IMG/VR virus record: IMGVR_UViG_3300042346_000326
Coordinates: 1 to 64,000 of that record
Origin: a virus
Reading direction: 5' to 3' (one strand)
DNA: 64,000 nt
Shown here piece by piece: positions 1 through 10,362 of this stretch (position 1 is its first letter; the number at the start of each line of letters is the position of its first letter). The notes beneath the pieces are model-generated. The model searched no databases, was not told the DNA's origin, and was given only the letters and a program-made list of their open reading frames with translations. The position numbers and the translations under genes are program-made.

Positions 1-1
1 A

Positions 2-1285
2 GCCGTATCTACTGGTGCTCCTCTTATTGCTTTAGGGTTAAAAGATATGGCTAAATCATTAACCAGTCTTTTTCCAGGAATAGCAGGCGCAGGAATTGCT
101 ACTGGTCTTGCAACAGTTGCAGCAGGATTTGCTTCACTTACTGAAATTATGGATGACAAACCAAAAGGCGGAGGGTCATCAGGTTATGGTGCATCATTTA
201 ACGCACAAAGATTGGGTGGAAAAGGCGGCGGTCTATACGCAGCACCAAGTGGCATGGTTACTGCAATGTTTGGCGCCCAAGATAATTCATTATGGGCATC
301 TTCAGGAGGAAAACACACAGGCACAGATATTGCAATGCCAGTAGGAACTCCTGTAGAAGCAGCCATGGATGGCACAGTATCTAGCACAAATGCTGGAAAT
401 GAATACGGTACTTCCATAGTGCTTGACCATGGAAATGGTTATCAAACTGTTTATGGTCATTTAAGTGAACGCCTAGTAAACCTTGGAGATAAAGTTTCAA
501 AGGGACAGAAGATTGCAAAATCTGGAGATACAGGTAACTCAACAGGACCACACCTTCATTACGAAGTTAGATTTGGACAAAACAATCCAGTAGACCCATC
601 ATCTTTGAACACCGCATACACAGCCACTGGAGTTAGCCCAATAGTTATTGAAAAAATGGGAAACAAATTATCAGGTTACATGGGCGCGAGCGCGGGAGCA
701 TCTGGTAATTACACAGGAAAAATGGGAACAGGAAGTCAAACTAATTGGGCATCTAAACTTCTTGGAAGTCTTGGAGCACCTGTTACTGATGCAAACGTTG
801 CAGCGCTAACAACTTGGGCTAGATTTGAAGGTGGACATTGGAAAAATAGTGCAAGTTTTAACCCATTAAACACAACTTTAGATTTGGGTGGAAATAAATC
901 AATAAATAGCGTTGGAGTAAAGAAGTATGGGTCATGGGAAGAAGGTTTGACTGCAACAGTTAAAACACTTCTTGGAAATCGTTCCTCTGAAAGAGGATAC
1001 GCTGCAATTGTAGATGCGTTAAAAAATAACGCGGGAACTTCAGCCGTATTATCTGCTGTAAACCAATCTGCTTGGGTTCATGGAGAAGGTAAAGCAAGTA
1101 ACTACAACTTCCCACGTGGAGGTGGTGGTCCTGCAATGATGCAGGCTATGGATTCTGGAGCAAAAACGGTAAACATTACCGTTACATTTAATCAAGCAGA
1201 TGAAACCTCTGCAATGAAATTTGCTAAACAAGTGCAGTCATACCTTGATAGAGAAAATAATAACTCAATGATGGGGAGTAACTAA
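2..1285 (+). CDS. C-terminal part of tape-measure/tail lysin protein with M23 peptidase and a second putative muralytic domain
   Basis: Frame is open to the window edge; M23 motifs HTGTD...YGHLS...GPHLHYE; later WARFEGG...FNPLNTT transglycosylase-like segment; directly upstream of baseplate genes. Confidence 0.8.
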   Translation, partial: AVSTGAPLIALGLKDMAKSLTSLFPGIAGAGIATGLATVAAGFASLTEIMDDKPKGGGSSGYGASFNAQRLGGKGGGLYAAPSGMVTAMFGAQDNSLWASSGGKHTGTDIAMPVGTPVEAAMDGTVSSTNAGNEYGTSIVLDHGNGYQTVYGHLSERLVNLGDKVSKGQKIAKSGDTGNSTGPHLHYEVRFGQNNPVDPSSLNTAYTATGVSPIVIEKMGNKLSGYMGASAGASGNYTGKMGTGSQTNWASKLLGSLGAPVTDANVAALTTWARFEGGHWKNSASFNPLNTTLDLGGNKSINSVGVKKYGSWEEGLTATVKTLLGNRSSERGYAAIVDALKNNAGTSAVLSAVNQSAWVHGEGKASNYNFPRGGGGPAMMQAMDSGAKTVNITVTFNQADETSAMKFAKQVQSYLDRENNNSMMGSN

Positions 1286-2721
1286 TGCCAGGTCCTTCTT
1301 ATAATAATCCACAACTTGAATACACTCGAAATAAAAAGAATAATGAAACTGCTGCACAACGTTTAAAAACTGAACGTGAAAAGGCAAAAGTTGCCGCAGA
1401 CAATGCAAAAACTGCAGCGTCACTAAGAGACCAAATTTCTCAAAATAATAAAACTATTAATAATTTAAGTGCGATTATTAAAAGTGCTGAAATTACCAAA
1501 GCAGGGTATGTAACTCAGTACAATACTTTGACACGAGACTCTCTTAGTCCATCAAGTCCTGGGGGTGCAACCCAAACTTCAGGTGAGTTGGCAGCAATTG
1601 CATCTTATCAAACTCTGATAACTGGAAGAGAACAAGTAATTACCACATCAAAAAACAACATTAAAAATCTAAAGAACAAAAATGACGCTATTACAAAACA
1701 AATTAATTCAATTTATAATATTAAGGCTGTTGGTGATTATAATTTAAGCACTGGAAAAGTGACCACTACTTCAAGTAGTGGGGGCAACAAAAGCGGCGGC
1801 TCATCAGGTAACAAGAGAAAAGGAGAAGAACAAAAGCCAAAAGGACCATACAAATACAATCTTCCCTTAATTAAACCAGCCAGATTTTCTACGGGTTCTT
1901 CCGCACCTCTTACATCCTCATTAGGTGATGCATCTAATTTAATTAATACTCCAGGATTTAATACAACTGATGCTGAAAATTATTGGAAAGAAAGTCCAGG
2001 TAGGGGAGTTCTTAGAGTAAACCGCGAGTGGATGAAGGCTATTTTAAACAGTACAACTACTGAAAAAGGAAACGTTCAAAAAGGAAATCTTGATTTAGTT
2101 AACGGGGCATCCGTGCCTCAAAGAACTCCAGACAAACAACTTTATGGATTTAGGTTTTTATACAATCCAGAAAGAATACAGATGATTTATGACATAAACG
2201 CAGATTTACATCCTGGAATGATTGCTACTGGAAAAGACGTGTTTTTGCCTTTAACAAAATCAAGTAGTGCAGTTTCTTTAGATTTAGTTCTAAACCGCAT
2301 GGAAGACATGAAATACAGAACTAATCCTAGTTTAGCAATAAGAAGACAAGTTTATTTTGGTGGAGGAGAAACTGAAAGTCTTCTTCCAGATATAAAAGAA
2401 GTACATGAAAAGGGAACAATGTATGACATGGAGTATATGTTTAAAACAATGAATGCTCCACACGCTACTTTTAATTCTACGTATAATGGAAAAACTGCAG
2501 ATATGGGATTCATTCGTCCTACTATCCTTGAATTACATTTAGGAAATAGGCTGCGCTATCCAGTTCGAGTAATAAGCCTTGCAGTTGAACATAAGATATT
2601 TGACCCAAGAATGGTTCCCATCTTTTCAATTGTTAGAATTACATTTGGCAGATTTATTGAATTTGAAAATAAAAGAGAAACAGGTGGCAGCGGTGGCGGT
2701 GGAAGGCAGCAACTTAGATGA
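1285..2721 (+). CDS. Tail/baseplate-associated protein (tube initiator-like C-terminal domain)
   Basis: Position between tape measure and LysM/tail-X gene; FRFLYNPE motif; N-terminal coiled coil. Confidence 0.5.
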   Translation: MPGPSYNNPQLEYTRNKKNNETAAQRLKTEREKAKVAADNAKTAASLRDQISQNNKTINNLSAIIKSAEITKAGYVTQYNTLTRDSLSPSSPGGATQTSGELAAIASYQTLITGREQVITTSKNNIKNLKNKNDAITKQINSIYNIKAVGDYNLSTGKVTTTSSSGGNKSGGSSGNKRKGEEQKPKGPYKYNLPLIKPARFSTGSSAPLTSSLGDASNLINTPGFNTTDAENYWKESPGRGVLRVNREWMKAILNSTTTEKGNVQKGNLDLVNGASVPQRTPDKQLYGFRFLYNPERIQMIYDINADLHPGMIATGKDVFLPLTKSSSAVSLDLVLNRMEDMKYRTNPSLAIRRQVYFGGGETESLLPDIKEVHEKGTMYDMEYMFKTMNAPHATFNSTYNGKTADMGFIRPTILELHLGNRLRYPVRVISLAVEHKIFDPRMVPIFSIVRITFGRFIEFENKRETGGSGGGGRQQLR

Positions 2722-2993
2722 TTTATTTAGATAGTCGTTATGCAGACGCTAGGCTGTATCGTGCATACGATTCAAGAACTGGTCAATATCCTGTAACGGT
2801 ACTACGTCAGTATCCAACTTATACAGTGTCTTTTTCCTATCATGAATGGACAGAAACAGACAGATTAGACGTTTTAGCGTTGAGATATTTAGGAAGTCCT
2901 TCTTTATGGTGGCAAATTATGGATGTAAATCCAGAAATAATTGACCCATTCAATATTCCTTATGGGACACAACTAAGGATTCCAAATGACTAA
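2718..2993 (+). CDS. LysM/tail-X-like baseplate protein
   Basis: DRLDVLALRYLGSPSLWWQIMDVNPEI...GTQLRIP is the typical LysM/gpX pattern. Confidence 0.8.
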   Translation: MIYLDSRYADARLYRAYDSRTGQYPVTVLRQYPTYTVSFSYHEWTETDRLDVLALRYLGSPSLWWQIMDVNPEIIDPFNIPYGTQLRIPND

Positions 2994-4233
2994 TCAATAT
3001 GCATTTGATAACTCATTTAAAGTTACCTATCCTGATTTTCCTGGATTTGAAGAAATTCCAAGCACAATTAGATTAATTCAAAAATCAAGTCATCAGGATA
3101 TAGTAGAGATACAGTACTTTAATGTTTCGTCTTTTTATCAAAATGCATTAAAACCTGGTTCTTTATTAAAAATAAACTGGATGAGTTCCTCAGTAAGAGG
3201 ACAGTTTTTTGGACAAGTTGTAAGTGTACTTCCTACAAAAACTTTTGGACAAAATAACCCTACAATTATTAAGGCTATTGGAACTGGGTTATCTTTAAAA
3301 GAAAACACCCCTAAGATATGGTTAAACAAAACTGCTTCAGAAATTGTTCAAGAAATTGCTAAAAAATTTAAATTAAAACCAATAGTGTCTCCAACAAAAG
3401 TTAGGTTAACTCAAGAATCAATGGTTGGTCAAACCTATTGGCAAAAATTAAGAGAACTAGCAAACAAATCTGGGTACGTGTTTCATGTATTTGAAACAGA
3501 ACTCTATTTTGTTCCTTTTGATACTATGATAAATACTTTTATGGGAAGTATTCCTTTCCTATCTCTTGAAACAAACTATGGAGATGGGTATGACAATATT
3601 TATCAATCTAATCTTTTAGAATTTAAAACTGAAAGTTCTACAATCCCATCAGAGTCAAGGTATTCAAATAGAACAAAAAATATAATGGGAATCGACCCAT
3701 TTACTGGTAAAGTTTTTACTCATAAAACTTCTCCATCTGAGATTGGTAAAGCACTAAGAAAAAACACCACTACTCAAGTGTTTTCCGAACAGATGTTTGG
3801 AGTGACTGTGGGAAGCAAAGCGCTTGCAGAAAGTAGAGCAAAATCTGAGGCAATGGTCTCTTCGTTTAGTGAACACGCTAAAGGCACGGCTCAAGGTGAC
3901 CCAAGAATATCTCCATTTAAAACTATTCATATAGACGGAACAGGAACCTCTACAGATGGTTTTTGGATGGTAAAAGACGCTGAACATTTCATGACACATG
4001 ACGGCAGATACACGGTTGACTTTTCTTGTATGACTGATGGAACTGGTAATAACAAAACTTCATCATTTAGACAAACTCCAAGTAAAAGTGTCGCTGTAAG
4101 AAACGTTGCCTATGAACTAGCCTCTGGATTGCAGACAAAACCATCAGTAACTAAACTTAACTCAAATAGACTGTTAATAAAGCAGTCTGATAATGGTATA
4201 CAGTTAAAACAAAGAAAATGGATAGGTAAATAA
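2986..4233 (+). CDS. Baseplate hub (gpD/gp27-like)
   Basis: TASEIVQEIAKK, QTYWQKLRELA, GDPRI...DGFWMVKDAEH motifs; synteny. Confidence 0.7.
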   Translation: MTNQYAFDNSFKVTYPDFPGFEEIPSTIRLIQKSSHQDIVEIQYFNVSSFYQNALKPGSLLKINWMSSSVRGQFFGQVVSVLPTKTFGQNNPTIIKAIGTGLSLKENTPKIWLNKTASEIVQEIAKKFKLKPIVSPTKVRLTQESMVGQTYWQKLRELANKSGYVFHVFETELYFVPFDTMINTFMGSIPFLSLETNYGDGYDNIYQSNLLEFKTESSTIPSESRYSNRTKNIMGIDPFTGKVFTHKTSPSEIGKALRKNTTTQVFSEQMFGVTVGSKALAESRAKSEAMVSSFSEHAKGTAQGDPRISPFKTIHIDGTGTSTDGFWMVKDAEHFMTHDGRYTVDFSCMTDGTGNNKTSSFRQTPSKSVAVRNVAYELASGLQTKPSVTKLNSNRLLIKQSDNGIQLKQRKWIGK

Positions 4234-4649
4234 TGGCTACAAGAGAAACCGCTATATCTCTTCCATTTTCCATAAACCCATATGGAAGAGTTGGAACAAC
4301 GATTGAACAGCCTAAAATTTGGCAAGATAGAGTCAGGTCTGTAATAGGCACCTATTTAGGTGAAAGGGTGATGCGCCCAAACTTCGGGGCTGATGTAGTT
4401 GATGCCGTTTTTGAAAACTCAGGAGAAGCCGAATTGATTGTACAAAACGAGACTAGGAAGGCGTTTGAAAGGTATTTACCAACCCTAAATTTAGTAGAAG
4501 TTATACCTCATTATGACGAAGAGACAGGCATATTAGAGGCAGAGATAGTCTACTCATTACCAGACGCACGCATTGAAGACGTAACAAGCACTACAATAGG
4601 CTTAGTAAGAATTGCAGGAAACTTACCCCCAATTCAGGAGAAACTATGA
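4233..4649 (+). CDS. Baseplate wedge/sheath initiator gp25-like
   Basis: GTYLGERVMRPNFG motif. Confidence 0.9.
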   Translation: MATRETAISLPFSINPYGRVGTTIEQPKIWQDRVRSVIGTYLGERVMRPNFGADVVDAVFENSGEAELIVQNETRKAFERYLPTLNLVEVIPHYDEETGILEAEIVYSLPDARIEDVTSTTIGLVRIAGNLPPIQEKL

Positions 4650-6205
4650 CAATAACGCCAGCCTCTAATATCCCTGTATCGGTTGATTACACCAGTAAGG
4701 ACTATTACTCAATTCGTGAAGAGTTGATTGAAAGAATTCAAGACAGAATTCCAGATTGGAAAGCAAGTGACCCAGCAGACTTTGGTGTTGCTCTTGTAGA
4801 AGCCTTTGCTTATGTTTCTGACATACTTTCATACTACATTGACAGAAACGCCAATGAAGCCTTTATAACTACAGCAAGTCAAAGAGATAGCGTTCTTAAC
4901 ATTGCTCGTAACTACGGGTACACCCCTGCTGGTTACAGACAGGCTTTAGTTGAACTTACTTTTACTAATACATCTGCAACTGAAGTTACTCTGCCTGAAG
5001 GCACAGTTGTTTCTGGAGATGTTGTAATAGATGACACAGTTAATACCATTTATTTCACAACCGTAGCAGACGCCGTAGTTGCAGAACAGATAGGGGCATC
5101 TCCAGGAGAAACAACCGTAACTGCTGCGCAAGGACGCTCAGTAATTCTTGTTTCAGACGATGCAACCACTAATGGAGAGTTGATAGGTACTTCTACAGGC
5201 CTTCCTGCCATGTCTTTTGAGTTTGGAGAAACACCAGTAGTAGAAGACTCTATAGAGGTGTATGTACAAGACGGTGTTCTGTTTGTAAAATGGACAGAGG
5301 TTCAACATCTTTCAGATTACGGCCCAAATGACCAAGTTTATGTAACTTCGCTTGATGAAGACGATATTGTAACTGTTAAATTTGGAGACGGAGTTTCTGG
5401 AGCAATACCAACTCTTTATTCAGAGATTAGAGCAAAGTACACAGTTGGTGGTGGAAACGCTGGAAACGTTGACGCCGACACAATAGACACGCTTGTATAC
5501 GTTCCTGGGTTATCTGAAGCACAGATTACAGCACTTCAAGCAGATATCTCAGTTGCTAATGGTGATGTTGCATTTGCTGGTGCAGACCCAGAGTCAACTG
5601 AACAAATAAGAACTGCTGCTCCACTAACTTTGCGTGCTAACAATAGAGCAGTAACATTAAACGATTTTGCAAACCTCGCTCTTTCAGTAACTGGAATTGG
5701 AAAAGCAAATGCAACTGCAACAGTTTGGACTTCAGTAACTGTCTATATAGCGCCAACAAGAACTGCAACAGATGTTGACTCTGCTCCAGGTTTAGATGAA
5801 CTGGGAAACCCAACAGCAGAGTTTGACAGATTAAAAACAGACTTAGAGACCTTTTACGAAGGTAAAACTTTAATCGGAACTTCAGTAACTATATCTCCTC
5901 CAGTATACGTAGATGTAAATGTAACTATTCAATACACCAAGTTGAACCAATACACAACAACAGAGATTGAAACTTCAATTAAAGAGAAGATGGTTACAGC
6001 CTTTGGTTATTCCAATGTATTTTTTGAAGAAACAATCAACTCTGGAGACCTTGAGTTTGAATTGCTTCAAATTCCTGGAATTCAAGTTGCTCGTGTAACT
6101 CAACTTTATAGAACTGGAAGCGGAGCCGCTCTTACAACGTTGCAAGGCGACCCAGATGAAATCTTCCGCTTTACAGAAGATAACTTAAGTATTGGTGAAA
6201 TCTAA
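4646..6205 (+). CDS. Baseplate J-like wedge protein
   Basis: DYTSKDYYSIR, DFGVALVE, FGDGVSGAIP, GADPES, RAVTLNDF motifs. Confidence 0.9.
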   Translation: MTITPASNIPVSVDYTSKDYYSIREELIERIQDRIPDWKASDPADFGVALVEAFAYVSDILSYYIDRNANEAFITTASQRDSVLNIARNYGYTPAGYRQALVELTFTNTSATEVTLPEGTVVSGDVVIDDTVNTIYFTTVADAVVAEQIGASPGETTVTAAQGRSVILVSDDATTNGELIGTSTGLPAMSFEFGETPVVEDSIEVYVQDGVLFVKWTEVQHLSDYGPNDQVYVTSLDEDDIVTVKFGDGVSGAIPTLYSEIRAKYTVGGGNAGNVDADTIDTLVYVPGLSEAQITALQADISVANGDVAFAGADPESTEQIRTAAPLTLRANNRAVTLNDFANLALSVTGIGKANATATVWTSVTVYIAPTRTATDVDSAPGLDELGNPTAEFDRLKTDLETFYEGKTLIGTSVTISPPVYVDVNVTIQYTKLNQYTTTEIETSIKEKMVTAFGYSNVFFEETINSGDLEFELLQIPGIQVARVTQLYRTGSGAALTTLQGDPDEIFRFTEDNLSIGEI

Positions 6206-6207
6206 TA

Positions 6208-6900
6208 ATGGATTTTGAACGAACACTACCTGGAGTATATAGAGCAGTTGTTCACGATAACAGAGACCCTAAAAAATTACGTAGATTAAAAGTTAAGGTC
6301 ACTGCAACAGGTGAACAAATCACTAATTGGGTGTGGCCTGTAATCTCAACTAAACGTCCACCTGCTATTGGCACTGGCGTCTATGTCATGTATGTGGGAG
6401 GAGACCCCGAATATCCTGTATGGATAGGAGAGTTTGGAGAGGACCCTCAAGGTGTGTTTGCTTTTGGTTCTTGGTCTAGCACCAGTGATTTAACTGCCTC
6501 AATTAACACCCCAACAGCAGTAACCCTTAATACAACGTCTTTTGAAGAAGGAGTAAAACTACAAAGTTCTTCAAGATTAGTTGTTGAAGAAAGTGGAGTT
6601 TACAACATTCAGTTCTCTGCTCAATTTCACCACACAAGTGGCGGAGGCTCTGGAGAAACGGTGTTTGTGTGGTTTAGAAAGAACGGCACAAACATTCCAA
6701 ACTCAGCAACAACACTGCATATCTCTAGTAATACCTACGATGTAATGACCGTAAACTTATTTGAAAAGATGAAGCCAAATGACTATTTTCAGGTCTACTG
6801 GTCAACTACCAATGCCAATATTCGTCTAGAGCATCTTGCGGCAAACTCGGTTCACCCTGCAATACCCTCAATAATCGTAACGGTTAACCAGATAGCCTGA
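6208..6900 (+). CDS. Baseplate spike-like protein (gp5/gpV OB-fold) fused to C1q/BclA-like domain
   Basis: GVYRAVVHDNRDPKKLRRLKV...GGDPEYPVWIG; C-terminal ESGVYNIQFSAQ...VWFRKNG. Confidence 0.7.
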   Translation: MDFERTLPGVYRAVVHDNRDPKKLRRLKVKVTATGEQITNWVWPVISTKRPPAIGTGVYVMYVGGDPEYPVWIGEFGEDPQGVFAFGSWSSTSDLTASINTPTAVTLNTTSFEEGVKLQSSSRLVVEESGVYNIQFSAQFHHTSGGGSGETVFVWFRKNGTNIPNSATTLHISSNTYDVMTVNLFEKMKPNDYFQVYWSTTNANIRLEHLAANSVHPAIPSIIVTVNQIA

Positions 6901-6964
6901 GTTCAGCAGGTAATTAGAGGGCAAACCTAAGAAAATAGACCGATAGGTCTGAAAGGAAGTCAAC

Positions 6965-7501
6965 GTGACAGCAGCGTACCCCACATCGGTTAAGTCCTTT
7001 ACTACCAAAGTAGACTTTACCGACACCGTTCTTGCGGCACACGTAAATGACCTGCAAGAAGAAGTAAACTCCATTGAAGCCACTCTAGGCTCTAGTATTA
7101 AGACAGGCTCAGGATGGGTTGGGGCTGCAGACTTTATTACAACAAACTGGAACACAGTAAAAGACAGAATAACTAACCTAGAATACGTAACAAAGATTGC
7201 ATACGATGCTCGTAATCCTGTTGGAGGAACTACTGGTCAAGTTCTTGTAAAGAACTCTTCAACCAACTATGACTATTCATGGACAACGTTTACTGGACTT
7301 CCAACACAGACTGGTAACAACGGATACTTTTTAACTACAAATGGTTCATCAGCATCTTGGGCTGCTATCAGTCAGGTACCCTCTCAATCAACTCATGCAG
7401 GAAAGTTTTTGACAACAGACGGTTCTACTGCTTCATGGGCAACTGTCTCTACTCCAGAGACAGGTTCTGATAACTTTACGCTAATGTTAATGGGAGCATA
7501 A
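6965..7501 (+). CDS. Tail fibre/virion structural protein
   Basis: AAHVNDLQEE N-terminus; repeated GQVL/GYFLTTNG/GKFLTTDG...SW fibre motifs. Confidence 0.65.
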   Translation: MTAAYPTSVKSFTTKVDFTDTVLAAHVNDLQEEVNSIEATLGSSIKTGSGWVGAADFITTNWNTVKDRITNLEYVTKIAYDARNPVGGTTGQVLVKNSSTNYDYSWTTFTGLPTQTGNNGYFLTTNGSSASWAAISQVPSQSTHAGKFLTTDGSTASWATVSTPETGSDNFTLMLMGA

Positions 7502-7516
7502 AAAGGAGCCACATAA

Positions 7517-9490
7517 GTGGGAGTTTACGGTAATTTTGTTTACGGTGGCGGCAAGTACGGAGCAACTCCAAAACTTGCTTACTCAGTTGAACCTATGTCT
7601 ATTACGGTTCTTGATTATGACCGAACTTTAGTTGAGTGGCAATCACCTACTGGCGACTTTACTCGTTGGAGATTGGTACGCAGTCAAACAGGCTATCCAG
7701 AAAATGAAGAAGATGGCGTTATTGTTTATGAAGAGTTTGCTACTGAAGGTAATGTAACAAGAGTTTCGTTTGTAGATAGCGATGATGCAGAAGAGCCAAT
7801 AATTGGCATTGACCCAGGTCGTCAAATTTATTATCGGTTCTTTTTATACATCGATACAGAGTATTGGATTGTTGCTGGACAAGTCACCGATACAGTTCCT
7901 TCAGACCATGATGCTCAAAAAAAACTTATGGACATTATTCCAAAAGTTTACACTAGTGAAGTCCAAAGTCCTTTAGGAGTTACTGATACCGAATCAGATT
8001 TATATAAGTTTATGAACGGCGTTTCATTTACGGTAGACCAACTATTAACACAGATTGACGTACTAAAACCCAACCACTCGTCAGAAAATACTCCTGCATC
8101 CCTGTTACCCATTGAACTATTGAACTCAGGATTTACAACAGAAAGTAATATTCCAGTTAAGTATCAGAAAAAACTAGCAAGAGATGCGTTCTTTCTTTAT
8201 TCTAATCGAGGACTACAGTCGGGTCTTGAAGCATATATAGAGGACCTAACAGGGTTTGCCCCAACAATTACAGTATCTCCAAATTTGCTTTTGACAATAC
8301 AAGACTCAACATTTTTAGAAACCATAGGTAACTGGCAAACATCAACCACAACTCTTACATCTGTAACAGAACAAGTTCCAGATATTAATTCATACACAAT
8401 TGATGAGGACTATACAGGCAAGGCTATTGCTGCATCTAGTGCTTCCTTTATAACCCTGGGTGCAAATGACCCAATAGGAAAAGGAATCCCAGTAACTGCA
8501 GAAACAGACTTTACCTTTGGATATAAATACAAGTCACCTTCAAGCGCAGGAAGCGTAAGACTAATAGTTAAATTCTATGACAAAGATGGAACAGACTTAG
8601 CAGCAGACTTTACTGGTACTTTAAATGCCGCCAATAACACGTGGCAAACATCTTGGGAAACAACTGAAACACCAGCCGATGCTGTTTATGCTTCTCTAAA
8701 GATAACTTTTAGTGCAGCAGGAACATACTATCTAGACCAGTTCTATGCCGAAAACGGTGAAAACTTAGATGACACATCATTCCAAGAGGCTCGTGCCGTA
8801 AACATATTCTTACTTCCTAGTAAAACAAACTTTATTCAAAATCCTTCATTTGAAGAGAATTCAAATACTTGGACAATAACGGCTGCGGCTAACGTAATAG
8901 AGGCCGAGACTCCTGACAGTGTGGGTGCAGGTGATGACTCTCTTAAATTAACCTTAACTACAGGAGCAACATTAGAGACAGACACGGGCGCTACTCCATC
9001 AACAGGCTTAGACAAGTATTACACACTTTCGTTTTACGCTAAAGCAAGTTCTGCAGTAGATGTAGACGTTACGCTAACACCAAACGATGATGGAACTCCT
9101 ACAACTGGAGAAGAGACTGAAACATTTACCTTGTCAACTAGTTGGGAACGTTACACAGTAACGGCATTCGTAGATAATGCAGACGTGTCAGGAGAACTAA
9201 CTTACACAGTAACTTTAGATTTTGACACGGCTTCTGGAGTCTACGCATGGGTAGATGCGTTCCAGTTAGAACAAAGTTTTAAAGCAACAGACTATTTTGA
9301 CGGTAGCCTTTCAAGTCAATTTGGAGTTGTGTGGGAAAGCACAGCCCACGAGTCAACCTCTCACGCTTATGTAAATAAGGCCATCAAGTTACCTCGTCTA
9401 TCTCAGACGCTAGATTCTTGGGTTCCTGCAAACTGCTACTGGAGACTGTCCACCTACGACGGAGTTGAGTACACCCGACTATCGGTATAG
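7517..9490 (+). CDS. Tail protein (P2 gpI-like) with carbohydrate-binding-like domains
   Basis: NFIQNPSFEE, YYTLSFYAK, WVDAFQLEQ...DYFDG CBM-like motifs; tail locus. Confidence 0.6.
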   Translation: MGVYGNFVYGGGKYGATPKLAYSVEPMSITVLDYDRTLVEWQSPTGDFTRWRLVRSQTGYPENEEDGVIVYEEFATEGNVTRVSFVDSDDAEEPIIGIDPGRQIYYRFFLYIDTEYWIVAGQVTDTVPSDHDAQKKLMDIIPKVYTSEVQSPLGVTDTESDLYKFMNGVSFTVDQLLTQIDVLKPNHSSENTPASLLPIELLNSGFTTESNIPVKYQKKLARDAFFLYSNRGLQSGLEAYIEDLTGFAPTITVSPNLLLTIQDSTFLETIGNWQTSTTTLTSVTEQVPDINSYTIDEDYTGKAIAASSASFITLGANDPIGKGIPVTAETDFTFGYKYKSPSSAGSVRLIVKFYDKDGTDLAADFTGTLNAANNTWQTSWETTETPADAVYASLKITFSAAGTYYLDQFYAENGENLDDTSFQEARAVNIFLLPSKTNFIQNPSFEENSNTWTITAAANVIEAETPDSVGAGDDSLKLTLTTGATLETDTGATPSTGLDKYYTLSFYAKASSAVDVDVTLTPNDDGTPTTGEETETFTLSTSWERYTVTAFVDNADVSGELTYTVTLDFDTASGVYAWVDAFQLEQSFKATDYFDGSLSSQFGVVWESTAHESTSHAYVNKAIKLPRLSQTLDSWVPANCYWRLSTYDGVEYTRLSV

Positions 9491-9499
9491 AGTTAGGTC

Positions 9500-9769
9500 A
9501 TGACCGACCTTTTGATTGCTACTCTATTAACAGGATTTGCCGTCACATATCTTCTTGAATTACTTGATTTAAGCATTCTTGGAGCATGGATAGGCAAGTC
9601 ATATATAAATGTTTTCTTTACTCTGCCATTAAGTTTTGGCGGTATGTATGTATTTTATGAATTGGATAAATCGCTATTAGTAACTGTTCCAGCAGCAACC
9701 TTCTTGTCATTGATGTTGGGTAAATACTTAAATAAACCAGCCGTTGTGCAACGACTACCACGACTATAG
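9500..9769 (+). CDS. Small membrane protein (holin-like)
   Basis: About three hydrophobic segments in 89 aa. Confidence 0.4.
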   Translation: MTDLLIATLLTGFAVTYLLELLDLSILGAWIGKSYINVFFTLPLSFGGMYVFYELDKSLLVTVPAATFLSLMLGKYLNKPAVVQRLPRL

Positions 9770-9776
9770 GAGAAAA

Positions 9777-10361
9777 ATGAAGAGAATCATCGTATTACCG
9801 TTTAAAGATGCAGATGTAACTGATGGTCTAAGACGGTTGCTTCAACTAAACTCCAATGTAACGGTTGTTCTGCCTGTAGTACCTTCATTTTCTAAGTTCA
9901 CTGAAACCTCACATCAAGTATTGACAGACAGCAAAGCCAAGTATCACTTGTTCTTTACAGATGGCGATGAGGGAATCGACAACCTAATTCTCAATGCTAA
10001 CGACATAACGATGTGCAGTAATCCGACCAAAGAGATTCTTCGAGAGGTGACATCTGAGGATGTTCTTGCAATGGTTTGGGACGAGTGTATTGAGGCTCAT
10101 CTGACCCTCCATGCCGTTGAAGACCTTGCAGTTGAGACATGGAATATCGAAGATGGGTTGGACGTCATTGAAGTCGACTTCGACGACGAAGATGATACAG
10201 ATATCCTCTATGAAGAGATGCAGGAGGCTCTGAGTAACTTTATTGAGTCATTTGCCACGTACATCACTGCTGGAGTCCTGGATGTTATAACTAAGACTAT
10301 TGAGGCTAAAATAAAAGAAGACGAAGGAAAGAAAGATATAAACCCGTTCAACAAGGAGTAA
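9777..10361 (+). CDS. Hypothetical acidic protein
   Basis: ORF with AGGAG RBS before ATG 9777. Confidence 0.6.
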   Translation: MKRIIVLPFKDADVTDGLRRLLQLNSNVTVVLPVVPSFSKFTETSHQVLTDSKAKYHLFFTDGDEGIDNLILNANDITMCSNPTKEILREVTSEDVLAMVWDECIEAHLTLHAVEDLAVETWNIEDGLDVIEVDFDDEDDTDILYEEMQEALSNFIESFATYITAGVLDVITKTIEAKIKEDEGKKDINPFNKE

Positions 10362-10362
10362 C